A stretch of 59,166 bases of DNA, counting the filler, from Sphacelaria rigidula (lineage: Eukaryota), in NCBI GenBank assembly GCA_964200075.2. It is 2 parts of 2 records of this genome, joined end to end, with 100 filler letters (N's around TTAATTAATTAA, not from the genome) between each part and the next. Parts side by side here need not be neighbours in the genome. Positions count along the whole stretch, not along the records: positions 1 to 29,543 come from CAXNAA020000077.1; 1 more part is not named here. One strand, 5' to 3'. This document shows positions 12,976 through 24,448 of this stretch, piece by piece. The position numbers were made by a program, and so were the translations under genes. Numbering within the stretch: position 1 is the stretch's first letter; the number at the start of each line of letters is the position of its first letter. The notes under the pieces were generated by a model. It saw nothing but the letters and a program-made list of their open reading frames with translations. It did no database searches and was not told where the DNA came from.

Positions 12976-14150
12976 TTGCAAAGAAAATCCACGAGTGCAC
13001 TCGTTTCAACGAGTAATGACTCGTCCGAAGTGTGGAACATTGTTCACTGTATTCGTCAGTGCTGAGATTGGGGTGAACAACTGTCCATTTCTACAGGCAA
13101 ATGGTGCATTTCCATGCGCGAAATGAGCGTGCGGCTAGACAGCGACCAGAGCCCAGGAAGCTTACTGGGAAGTGACGTATTGGCGAGGTAAAAGTTTCGC
13201 CTTGAGAGAAACGGTCTTATTGTAGATACGCCGCGTTTCCCTAACCTGGTTTAAGCTATGTGGCCACGACGATCGTGCACAGCTTGCACAACCGTGGAAA
13301 GGACGAAGCGCAAGTCTCAATTGACATGAGCTTCGAGAAGTATGAGTGCTACTTCGTTAGGGTCGTTACCGTCTCTCAATTCGATAGGTTGTCGAGTGCG
13401 GTGAGACTGTCTGTTACACCCGCCCCTATATTTACAAGTTGTTAGATGCGGTCAGATTGTTACACCCCCTCTAAATGGTCTTATGGCACTGTTGATAGCA
13501 CCGCGACTAGTTTAGGCGCCGTGCTCGTCCTTTGAGGATTTTTTTTTTTACGGGGAGTCGGGAAAGGCACGACACGGATGTAATTCGTGCGCAAAAAACA
13601 TGGCACGGGCACGTTTCATCTCAACTCCCATCGGCGGGGTACTGTCATCTTCGATTTTCAGAACTCACGTCACATAAGTTCAATTCTCTCACTACATGAG
13701 TTTTTATCTCCGACCCGTGGTCACGGGGTGCAAGGAACTCACCACCGATGACCATAAAACGAAGAGTCGACAGAGGACGTCTTTGCACAAAAACCTGTAC
13801 ACGAAAACAATCACCCCGCCGAAACCGATCGAGCAACGAGGGTCACACTGCAAGCCGGCAAATTACCGGCGTGGGATCTAGACGACCAAACTACCACCCC
13901 CTGCTGCATGTACGTGTAGGAGCAGCAAACGCAGGAATCGACATGTTGCAGGCAGCGAGAACCACCCCGAAATAGACTTGATAATATTGAAAATTATCCC
14001 AGGTTGAAGGAAATTAGGTGATGGCTTTATCAATGAAACATCAACTGGCTTGGCTCAGCATCAACATCAAGTGAGTTGATCACCCTATTAATAGTCCGGT
14101 GTAATTACCCAGAGCTAATCCAAGTTCGAGAACCTCAAATCTACCTGCCC

Positions 14151-14457
14151 TTTTGTTTTCCCCCCCGCACTTTCAACCCCCCTCCCCCTCCTCGGAATGA
14201 GTCCGTGGTCTCGAGGGATCAACCCACCTCTCCCCCGGTACGCGCCTTTCGTTTCGCTCTCGCGGATTGGGTCAGCACTTCCGCACCGCGTCAACCCACG
14301 TCACACAAACCCAGTCGACTAATATTGTTTACCCACGTACTCACGTTTTCCACGGTGGAAATCGTACATAACGAAGAAAAAAACCAACCAATCGGGGAAC
14401 AAACCCCCGTTCTCTCCGCCCTAATGGCAACCGTCGGACCAATACACCACCGGGGCC
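14151..14457 (-). mobile_element. tRNA-derived SINE, full-length copy (~305 bp)
   Basis: Minus strand: A-box TGGTGTATTGG, 33-nt spacer, B-box-like GGTTTGTTCCC, unique body, A-rich tail. Homologous to 35312-35614 and 7111-7195. Confidence 0.72.
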
Positions 14458-14988
14458 CTAGAAGCAGATATTTCAGTGATGTGTCGGGAGCAGTTTAGAA
14501 CGAAGGCAATATAAAACTGAGGACACACCCAATGCCCCCCAATCCTGACCCCCGAAAAGTACTGGGAAAAATAAGTTGGTTTGACGACGTTACTGTACAG
14601 AAGATTACACAACGCCGAAACAACCGGAGCCCCAAATGAGAAGAAACGAAGCCGCTAAAAAGTCACAGAGGCTGACGGAAGCTGACGTGGATGATGTCGG
14701 ATCTGACGAAGTCCGTCACGTCCCGAGTGTAGACATCTGGTTTTGGAACGCAGCACGGTATAAAGCAGGTGGACAAGGGGAAAGTAAAGGGACAAATACA
14801 CGTGAGCAAGTGTGCAGGCTGAAGATTGCACTGAGGCATGTTGAAAGAAAGAAAGAAAAGGCTGGTACCGACGAGAGCAAGCATTGAAGGTGTGAGGGGG
14901 CAGGATGAAAATAAGACTACACATGGTTGAGAGGGAGTTGAACAGGGACAAGGAATGGCCAGTTGTGGTACTTACCGTCAGCGGCGGT

Positions 14989-15438
14989 TTAGCTTCCAGC
15001 TCCGCTCCTGGTGGCCGTGGGTCGGCTACCTTGTCGGATCGTACTTTTTTTCTTCTTTTCGAAGGGAGGGGAAATTTTAGTCGGTGGCGTGACGGGGTGG
15101 TTTCCGGGAGGGGACAGGGAGTTATGGCTGACCCGCGGTACTTTGCGCGGTGTCGAATCGTCGTTTCTTGACGCATATGCCGCTTTCTCCTTCAACAAGT
15201 GCCGTTGGAAATCGGACAGGAGCGTGGCACGCGTGTTGTAGAAACAGAGGTCGCACCTTATAAAAGCGGGTTCGCCATCTCCCGCCGAGAGATCGTGGAG
15301 GGTTTTTTGGGCAAGGGTTGCTGTACACTCGTAACACGGATAAGTGCACTCCTCGGCCGCTTTCACGAGGGTTTTTACGCACGCGCGGCCGTCCGCGTGG
15401 GCGTATACCCTGTCTTTACCGCCGTTAGGATCGGACAT
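14989..15438 (-). pseudogene. Possible degenerate coding remnant with Cys pairs and a Pro/Lys-rich tail; unidentified, probably TE-associated
   Basis: 149-aa ORF with CTYPCYEC and CDLC, then SPPGNHPVTPPTKISPPFEKKKK. A strong donor GTAAGT near 14974 lies in another frame. No family recognised. Confidence 0.25.
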
Positions 15439-18400
15439 GCGGTGGCACGGGGTGCTGACCCTGATCTCGCCGCCACACGCTAGGCAGAGGAAGGGCAGCT
15501 GTTTCCTGGAGCCCTTCGCGACTGGTTTTGTATCCTGCGAGACAGAGATGTGGGTGTTGTAGGTGGAGCACCTGTCGATACCGAACGAGTTGGGAGGAAG
15601 ACGAAGCGACGGTTGCGGAAAGTTCAGCGAGAAAATAGTACGGAAGGAAAGATAGTTGTACTGTTAGCGAATGCGCGACGAACGGGTGTTGAAAGCAACG
15701 GTGTCGAGTAGGTTGAAAAGGGTGGAAGTGGGATAAGAAGTTGCCTTCGGTTATCAGGGTACTTCTCGATGAACCTGCACTAAGGAAACCACGGCCTCCA
15801 CGTAAGTGTGGCATTCTGTACAAGCAAGTCTAGCATGTAGGAGTGTACTATCACAAAAAAGGTGGGAGGTCCTCTCCTAGCGTCCCGTCCCCGATGTGTG
15901 TCGAATCGTGGCTTGCAATGGTTGGCGCCAACTCCGGTGGGAAGGTACACCGAAAGCATGGAAGAAATGGGCTGGGGACTGAGCCAGTTAAAACTCTATA
16001 TCTTCATCGCTATTACTGGAGTTCAACTGGAAATGGGTACGAGAGCGCCAGTTGTCTAGTGCGTGTGGAGGTGTTGCGCAGCTTGTCTATACCGAGTAAT
16101 TTTTATAGTAGTTCAATGATGGGGAGTTTATATGAAAGAAACAATGTGTACAATTAGACTGTAAGGTTGAAGTCAGCAGTCTGCAGAAGTTCAGGTCCCA
16201 CAGACGTCGGTGGTACCCGGTTGTTCTGCAGTTTTCTTTATCGCCGACATCGGGTCGGTCGAAGGCTGGTCAGTCGAACGAGATAAATGAATAAATGAAG
16301 AGGTGGGTCTCAGTTCTGGTGGGACGCTTGGTGCTGAAGTGCCAAACTCCATACCCCAATTCACAATTGCATGAAGATCGATGTGAACATGAAGCAGGCG
16401 ATACTCACAACACGTCGAAGTAATGTAGCAGGTATGTACCGCATCCGAAGAAAAAAATCCGGTAACGGGCGATCACAAAATACACGAGCGTTCTATCGAA
16501 TAAGCTGCGGTGAGAACCTGTTTACTTCAATTGCCCAAGGTACTGCCAGGGTGTGGCATGTTTGTTCCGATCCCCAGGTCCCCAAGAAGAGGGTCTGCTG
16601 CTGGATGGTATAGGGAAATGGTGTTCGAATCGCTACTACATACCGAAGACATGCTAGAGCAGTACGAGGCTCGTATCAGCTCGCAGTGAGGGGTTACATT
16701 ATTCACAACCAATTAAGGTTACCGCAGGAAAAAAAGGTAAAACATGGGAAAATGTTCTGACTTGGGCGAGGCTCCTGACCGGGACCCCCTACTAGCCGGG
16801 GGGTGCGATCAGCTGGAAAAAGTGGACGGAGTGGCAATTTGCGCGGCAAGTGTTGACGGAACTGAACAGAGCTGATTGTTCACAGCCCCGAGAATAAATT
16901 TGAGGTTTTGCATCGTTAAGGTGCATTGGGTAGGGTACGAGAGCTTTCGTGGACCATACAGAAGTAGGGAGTACCGACATAAAATCGCTCGGAGGCCACG
17001 GAACTTGTCGGGTAGGGATAGGAGGCTTACAGATAATCCACTGGTGGTCTTGTGATGAAAAAGGGTTGCATAGAAGTTAGAACACGCACCCGGATATTTG
17101 TACAAGGGTGTAGGGATAAACCGTGTGTACAGAAAGGACAGAACTGTCTTGGAAGGGTATGGTGGGTCACAACAATCACGCAACTTTCGTGGGCCGGTAG
17201 GACAGTCTTCGACAAGTCACAGAACTGTCGAGGGATTAGGAAAGCGTTACTGAAGTCGAAGATCTGTCGAGTAGGGGTGTACAAGTGACACTGAAGTCAT
17301 AGAGCTATCAAGTTGGGCAATGAAAGTCTTACAAAATTCACTAGAAAAATCCGGTAGACCAACCACAGTCCAAGAGAAGCTACAAAACTGTCGGTTACGG
17401 GGATGAAAGTTTTCCAGAAGTCACCGAACTGTCGTATAGGGATAATATCTGAAAATATACTCGGTGTATGCAACAAACCGGCCCCTGTACGAGATAAGGT
17501 TGGACACCATAAGCCGATACCCTGCATCCTGCTAATTGATGCCGATTCGGAGAAAGATGAATCGCCAGCATTTTCGAAAAGGGTCAACGGGTTGTGCTAT
17601 TCCGACTTCTTTTGTTTTTGAATATATTCTCAACTTTCTTACTCCCTCAAGAAATAGATGGCATGCTTCGTAACCGATGGACAGGGAGGATCGTCTCGGA
17701 ACAGATTCACAGGCTGACAATCAATATACATCCGCGGTTTTGCAGTGGACGGCGGTTGGTTTTTGACGGGGGGGGGAGGTGTCTGTCCGATAGGGAACCG
17801 AAGAGGTCATCGAGGCAACTGTGTGTGTTCGCAAGTTTCCTTCGGAGAATGATGAGCCATGCCCTCGTGTGTGGTGGCAACTTAGGTCCACAGCGTCCGT
17901 AGCGTTTTCGTTTAGCACTAGGCGGAAGCATCGGCAGCTCGCCGGAATTTGTGATTCAGTGCGAAGCGATGGCACTATGAGCTCGAGAACTATAAATATT
18001 TCATTTTCACAAGAAGAACATAATGGAGGATCAGAGTGTAGCGGGATCTGAGGGTTGTGGATCGGGGCGAATTCTTACAATATGCAACTTTTAGCGAGCC
18101 GGATTGCAGTCAAGTACGAATCCGATTATGTATAACCGGATTTATATTGTTGTTTCGGTCGACGGAGGAAAGAACGAAACAGCTGTCACTTGGCTGTCAT
18201 GTAGGGTTGTATATCAACTATTTCTAGGGGTTGATTTGAAATCAACTAACTTGATTAGTTGAGTTTTTTAGGTAGAATTTCAGCAGCACACAAGCCAAAA
18301 ATCGGCTGAGTTTCGTCGTGTGACAATATAAAGCATACGAGCACGCATACGCAAGCCCACAGCAGCAGCACAGCGGTCTTGTAATCAATATTTTAGCTGA

Positions 18401-19046
18401 ACCTGCTGCATCGGTACTCAAGCACCCCATCTTCCTGCACTACCCCTGTTTTTTACTTCGAAGCACTCTCAGACATGGAACATGCACGCCTCAAACCTGT
18501 CTGGCAAAAAACCCCGAAAGTAGTAGCCAGATTGCACGAAGATGCTTCTCGACGTTTACACTTGAAATGGTCAATGCTACCGTATTTGTGCCGGTACGTT
18601 GCAAATTGGTGTCTGGATGTTTCATACGGTCAGTATATGTGCTTCAGGGACGTACGGGTGTTATAGGAACAACGATATCTGATTTTTGGTTACGTCTACA
18701 CCATCGGTGACCTTGGTCCACGTGCATTGCAAGCCCCGCTTGGAATCGCTGCACGACCTGGCCCCGTTGACGGTCGTTTTCTTTCCGTCGACCGGCTTTG
18801 TACACATGAAAATTCCGGGCTTCACGAGCTTTTTTTTTCCAAATATCACACCATGAATGCGAAAGAAGTGACCGAAGTTTACGAGGAAAACGAACGAAAG
18901 TAGTTGAATCCATTTGAATTTAAATTATGACGTGCCTTACATGAGGCATGACGAAAAAACGCATTCATGGTCGACGAGGGAGAGGTAGCGCTGAACCCTC
19001 TCTCGATATAAAGAATAAGGCAAGCACCGCAAAACGAAGGTGGAGA

Positions 19047-19300
19047 GAGCAATGCTACGGTAGGGGTGCACAACATGTTTCCGGGTAGGGGTAACGGATG
19101 GAGACTACAGTAATGCCGCGATAACTCCCCCCCCCCCAAAACAAATACAGGCATAAACCGGGCTGGATTGGAGGTGTGTGCGATACTCTGCAACCAAGTA
19201 TGTACGATTCATGAGACATTTCACCGGTCCAACAACACAGCGAGGGAAGGCCTCAGACAAGATTTTGCGAAAAAAGTGCACCCCTACCGTAGCATTGCTC
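19047..19300. mobile_element. MITE with perfect 25-bp TIRs and 4-bp TSD (Sola2-like GAG...CTC ends)
   Basis: GAGCAATGCTACGGTAGGGGTGCAC (19047-19071) is the exact reverse complement of 19276-19300; GAGA flanks both sides. Confidence 0.85.
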
Positions 19301-19494
19301 GAGAACTCGAACAAATGAAAAAGGACAAGAACTCCTGTGTTGGCCTTCCTCCTGTGTTACCCCGGCTGGTGCGCCCACATATACCAGAAGGTATAGACTG
19401 GCGTCCAGAATAGATGGGATGAGACGACAACGTTTCCCCTGTGACGACGGATCATGAGCGTCACCCTACCTCACTCCGCGAAATACAGCACAGG

Positions 19495-19885
19495 CATCGT
19501 AGGTACGGTAGGTACCCGGTACCGCTATTTGGGAAGTCTCATACCCTACCGATACCGGTCTAACCGGGTATTTTCAAATGTCATACCTAGGATACCCACG
19601 ATACCACGGTATTTCGATATTTCAATACTAAGGAGTCGAGGAGTAGACATATTCGTCGATCAATGGTTGCGCCGCAGGCAAAAAAAAACGTTACACGACG
19701 CAAACGCCTCTTTTCTTCCTGGAAAAAATCAAGTAATCATGATTAAATCAAGTTATTTTGATTTGATTGATTCACGTCGATTAGATGATATAAATCAACT
19801 ATAAGCGACGCGCTAACGTGATTGTTGATATAAATCAAATCAACTTTTGAATCAAAATCAACCGTGATTTGATAGTTGATCTACA
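19495..19885. repeat. Short repeat clusters (CGGTA/TACCG-rich, then ATCAA/TTGAT-rich), probable MITE remnants
   Basis: Dense GGTAC/TACCG motifs at 19500-19630 and AATCAA/TTGATT motifs at 19725-19880. Confidence 0.45.
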
Positions 19886-19919
19886 ACCCTACTGTCATGA
19901 TAATTTGGATAGAACCTAC

Positions 19920-20178
19920 CACGGTTCGGAGGAATCATTGCCGGTTCGAGTAGCCAAATCCACGATTTCTCAGGCCTGGTTGCTCGAAAAAGAGAAAAAA
20001 AGTCGACCGCTGGTCAAACAGGTCTCCACGCAACTTTTGCACCATTCCATGTGCCTGGGCTGCGCGTACCTGGCTTGCAACGCTGAAAACAAAGCCTAAG
20101 GATTGATTCTTACGGTACGAATCAGTTACACTAAAATCAAGTAATTTCCAGACGAATCATCAATTCGTCCGACCCTGG
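19920..20178 (+). mobile_element. hAT-like ~260-bp MITE, copy 1 of 4
   Basis: TIR CACGGTTCGGAGGA / TCGTCCGACCCTGG; TSD GAACCTAC / GAAGCCAC; homologous to 38806, 46138 and 57601. Confidence 0.85.
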
Positions 20179-23100
20179 GAAGCCACAGACAGTTATGGGC
20201 GCGCCTGATCCCCCAAAATGGGCAAAAAAAGTGTCACCGACCAATATCACGAACAGACACGAACAGACCGACTTCTGGTGCTTATCCAGGCTCGTGGAGT
20301 AAAATGCGCCTTACGTCATCGGAAAAGAACGGCATGGATCCAAAATTCATATCGAAAAAAAGTGGACTGCCGTCTAAAGCCAGCACCATACCGTTATTTC
20401 GGTTGTTCCTCATATATTACATGCCACTGCGTCGCCTTTCGTCCGCGCTTGCGATACCCTGGCATGCAAGGAGGCTGACTGGGTTGAACCAACCCAACGG
20501 ACACCGAGAACACTCGGGCAAGAGCGGTACATACATTCCCTGAAGAAAATGAGGCCTTGGTAGACCCCAGATCGGCTTCTGTGGCGCAGATTTCAACGAA
20601 AACGCATTGTGCGCACCCGGGGAGTACACGGGCCCGTCAGCCCTACTTAAATCCTGATTCTCGTCGTACGCACTCAAATCAAGTAATATCAACCATGAAC
20701 ATTTGTAGCCCAATGCCGGTAAGTTAAACCAGGAAGCTGAACCATTCTTGAGCGGATCAAAGTTGGGTCAACATGATGTGCTCAACATGCGACAAAGTCA
20801 TAAGTACTGATGAAATTCAACGAGGACGGCCCTTACACAGACGAGTGGAGTACAAATAGTCACCGGGTGTTTAATGTGGGCTGGGCGGGTGTTGGTCCAT
20901 CACCTATTCATGGTTTGAGGAGCTTGATTCATCGGCGGCCATGATTCCACAACTTTTGTCGGACGAATGACTTGCATTTCAAAGTGCATTTGTTGTTCCG
21001 TGGGCATGGCTTTTCATTTGATGAATATGATATTAATTAGCTCTTTGACCGCGACGGTTTGGTCACACGCTGAATCGGCATCAGTTTTCACTTGAAAAAA
21101 GTATGCATGGTCCAGATGGACTACCCTCGCGGTGTAGGGGTTCATCGGACTCCAAAGATGTTGTTTTGCGAGAGGGAATGAAAAGAAACGGTCGTCCGTC
21201 ACCCACCATTGCCGGTACAACATATGCGTATCCTAGGTTGGATGGGTCCACTGAAGGACATGATTGGGGCTTCGGTGCCATGTGGCTTCAGCGAAAGTGG
21301 GTCGATGACTTTGTGTCTTCTTGGCGCAGTATACCTTCCTATTCGGGAGCGTGAGTCGGTCAATGTTGATCTTGGTGTGAAAACCGAAATCCGGATCTTT
21401 CATGGGGGCTGTGCTCCTTGCATTCTCCTAGCGTCCCAGAACGCTTCTTGTCTAATTCGACGCCTGGGGCGCCGATTCGAGGTCTGTCAACGCACCCTCA
21501 GCCTACGAAACGCGTTGCACCCACCTCGCCCGATGGTTCTCGGTATGCCTTCGTTTGGGCCAGTGTTGAAATTTGTTCTTTCCGCTACTGCGAGGTCGCG
21601 AAGATGATTCTTGCTTCTGGGGGCTCGGTCGAAGGTTCAAATTCTGCAACATTCCACACATCCTATGTATCAACCATCTGCACTATCAAGAGTCATTCAT
21701 GGGTGTCATCTATTTCGAGGCCGTTAGACAGGGGTGAGGTTTTCGTGTTTTGTGGAGACCGGCGAGGGTTGGAGGTGCGATTTTGCGATCACAGTCCAAT
21801 CTGTTTCAGAGAATACTCATCGCCATGGCCACCAATTGGGATGCGACTTTTTGCATCATCTGCGCCAAGACGACAGCTACAATTGTACGGGTTGAATTTT
21901 TCAATTTCATCAGGATGCGAGTTTTGAAACGAATTGAGTGAAGAAAAACATGCGTTTTTTGCGATTTCCTCGATCACCGTTACGTTTTAGGTAAAACCAA
22001 CTTGTAAAATTATAGCTTGGACGAATATACGCCGCTGAGTAGCAGAGCCACGCCGTGGTTCGTCCTCCGGAACAAGAAAACTGATAAAACGTGGAATGGA
22101 AACCCTACTCAAATCACAAGTACTTTGAAGGATTTTGCGGCGTGCATAGTCAGAGGATGAACGACATCTCCTGTCCGTTCGTGCTTTTGGTCGGTGACAC
22201 TTTTTGGGCTCATTTTGGGGCGTCAGGCGCGCCCATAACGGTGCAATGCAGTACAGTACAGACAGTAAAGTTTCGTTGACTGTTCTCAACGAAGCACCTT
22301 CGGCTTCTCCTTGTTGTTGGTAATGGACACACACACATTACGGTGGGAGAGCACACTCGGCATACAATACACACACTTGGCCGTAGGCTTAGAAGAGGGA
22401 AGCCAAAAGAGAGAGGGGAAGGGAGGGATAGTAACACACAGTAGGACACAGCAACAACAGCAGACCCCAGACACCCTGTCTTGGGTTGCCGACGTCAAAT
22501 ACTGTATGCACCAGAGGGAAGGCACCCTCAGTACACATCACACGAACTCTTGGCTGTTTACCGAAAAGAGGCGAGGCAGGAAAGACAGGAGAGAGACCAA
22601 CACAGACAGCGATGGCCATAGGAGATGCGAGCTGCTTGCAGATTTTGACTACAGCCAGGTCCACCTTGCCGATTTACTGGTCGCTCCATCCTTGTCACGA
22701 CATGACCCGATTTGAGTTCGATCGTAGTAGGGTTGGTACGGCGTCAACACTTCTTATCTGCCTGTCAAACCCCGTGCGAAGCGCAGCTCTGCAAGCACAG
22801 ACAGTTCAGCAGTGCAAGGTCGCACCTGTACAGTCTTTATTTGTCACCATGGAGGCCGAGATACGTCCGCCGCCCGCGGACGTTGCGACCAGAAGCGCCC
22901 GTACGTTCACCGTTTGTCGACAGTCGACACACGGAGAGTAATTCAAATCAATCAGATCACGTACTTCAACACCCCCTCCCATCTCAGCTACGGTCGGCGT
23001 CGGCACGCACAAGCAAAGACAAAGAAGAAAGTAGCAATGAAGCTGAACCTTCTTTAGGGTGTTCAAAGTGATTCGGAGAGCTGGTTGCTGCATGTAATGC

Positions 23101-24448
23101 CTCCAACCTCCAAAAAGGCCTCGTTTGAAGTTGCGACAGTCAAGTCTGAGGAGTTCAATCAAGACTAGCGCTGGTCAAAAGGGGTCGAGTTGGGCTGTTC
23201 TTGAGACCGCTGACAGACAGAAGCGAAACACAACGCCATGAGCACCAATGAAGCTGAAACTTGTTGAGGGCGTCTCGATTGATGTTAGAAGAGCGATGGG
23301 ATGTTTTTTTCGCGCAGCGCGGCTTCGAATCCATTCGGGGAAAAAAAGTGCGTGTTTCTGGCCTTCCTTGTGAGAGCGGACGGATGACATTTTTTCAATT
23401 TCGGTTCAGTAGAAGTCTTTTCAGCCCTAAGGGCCTCAAAGGAAATGGCACGCATGATCATGAGTACACCCCCCTCTCAATTCATGAGTTGTAGGGTGCC
23501 GTAAGGTTGTGCCTTCGCAGGTTGCGTAGTATCTTCGTGAGTGGTACTTCGAGTTGCCGCGTGTGCAGAGGTCGGTTTGCTTGCTTGATTGCCGGGACTC
23601 ATGTACTGTGGCGGAGGGAAGTGCGTTGGTGATTGTGGTGTCGATATTCTGTCTATAGGCATAGACATGGTGTGCAGTGCGCTCTCAAGATGCTGCTCTA
23701 GCGCTGTCCAAAACTCTCCACCGCTCTGCTCGTGTAATGCACACATCATCACTACGCTTCACCTGCTGCTGCACTTGGAGGGGCGTGTTCTGCGAGGAAA
23801 TCATTCTTGTCCCTCATACCCGGCGTGATCGCCTTGGGGTGTGGGCGGATTCCGCGACATGGACGACGTCTCGGCCCATTTCCACGTTTTCTCAATCATA
23901 TCTCACGCTAGTTCCAACAGTTGATCCATGGACCGCGAGGGTAGGTCACCTGCTGAAGCGGCATCAATTTCACTCGAAAAATGTATGCGTGATCCAGATG
24001 AAATACCCGCATCGCGGTCTAAGGGTAAAGAGACCATTTTGTGAAGATACCATTTTCACAAGCATAACTCTCGAGGGAAGCACGAGGTTGCCATCATGTA
24101 GTGAATTGACAAGCCCGCGCTTTTATTGTGAAATGCACGTTCGAAGTTTTTTCTCGGAAATCAAAATTTAGAGTACTTCTGAGAAATAGCTGCAAACTAA
24201 AAATGACTTTCCCGCGGCCTACGGCAGCCTGTACGCTGCACCTGTTGGCATGGTTGTCTTGAGCTTGTGACACATTCAACCCCTTCATTCGAGTCCCTTG
24301 CCAACACCCCCTTTCGCGTTTCACGTGGTAATCGCAGTAGGCTCCTGCTGTGGAGATATTATGTGATTCTTGAATGACGAACGGTGTAGCCAGAATCGCA
24401 TTGAAAACTATATTTTGCCCCTACTTTTCGTTTTCCAACTCCCATTCA

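Larger units (their letters stand above)
11258..13034. mobile_element. hAT-like non-autonomous element with internal ~44-bp tandem array, interrupted by a nested MITE
   Basis: TIRs CATACGTCGGACGAG / CTCGTCCGAAGTGTG; 8-bp TSD AAACATTG (11250-11257) / GAACATTG (13035-13042). Confidence 0.8.
18440..20530 (-). pseudogene. Possible highly decayed EnSpm/CACTA-type transposase fragments, interrupted by MITEs
   Basis: Motif-like strings in the expected order on the minus strand: MYVPLL...FNP, RNNGMVLALDGSPLFFDMNFGSMP (~20320-20410), then FPRKLRSL...WKKKAREARNFHVY (~18800-18890). Judged by eye only. Confidence 0.33.

Noticed and set aside
14385..14457. Functional tRNA gene (also 35545-35614)
   Set aside because: No good acceptor stem or cloverleaf, degenerate boxes, and fusion to a repeated body with an A tail; better explained as a SINE head.
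22300..24400. Minus-strand gene
   Set aside because: Some exon-like stretches, but in-frame stops, no consistent splice chain and no recognisable domain.
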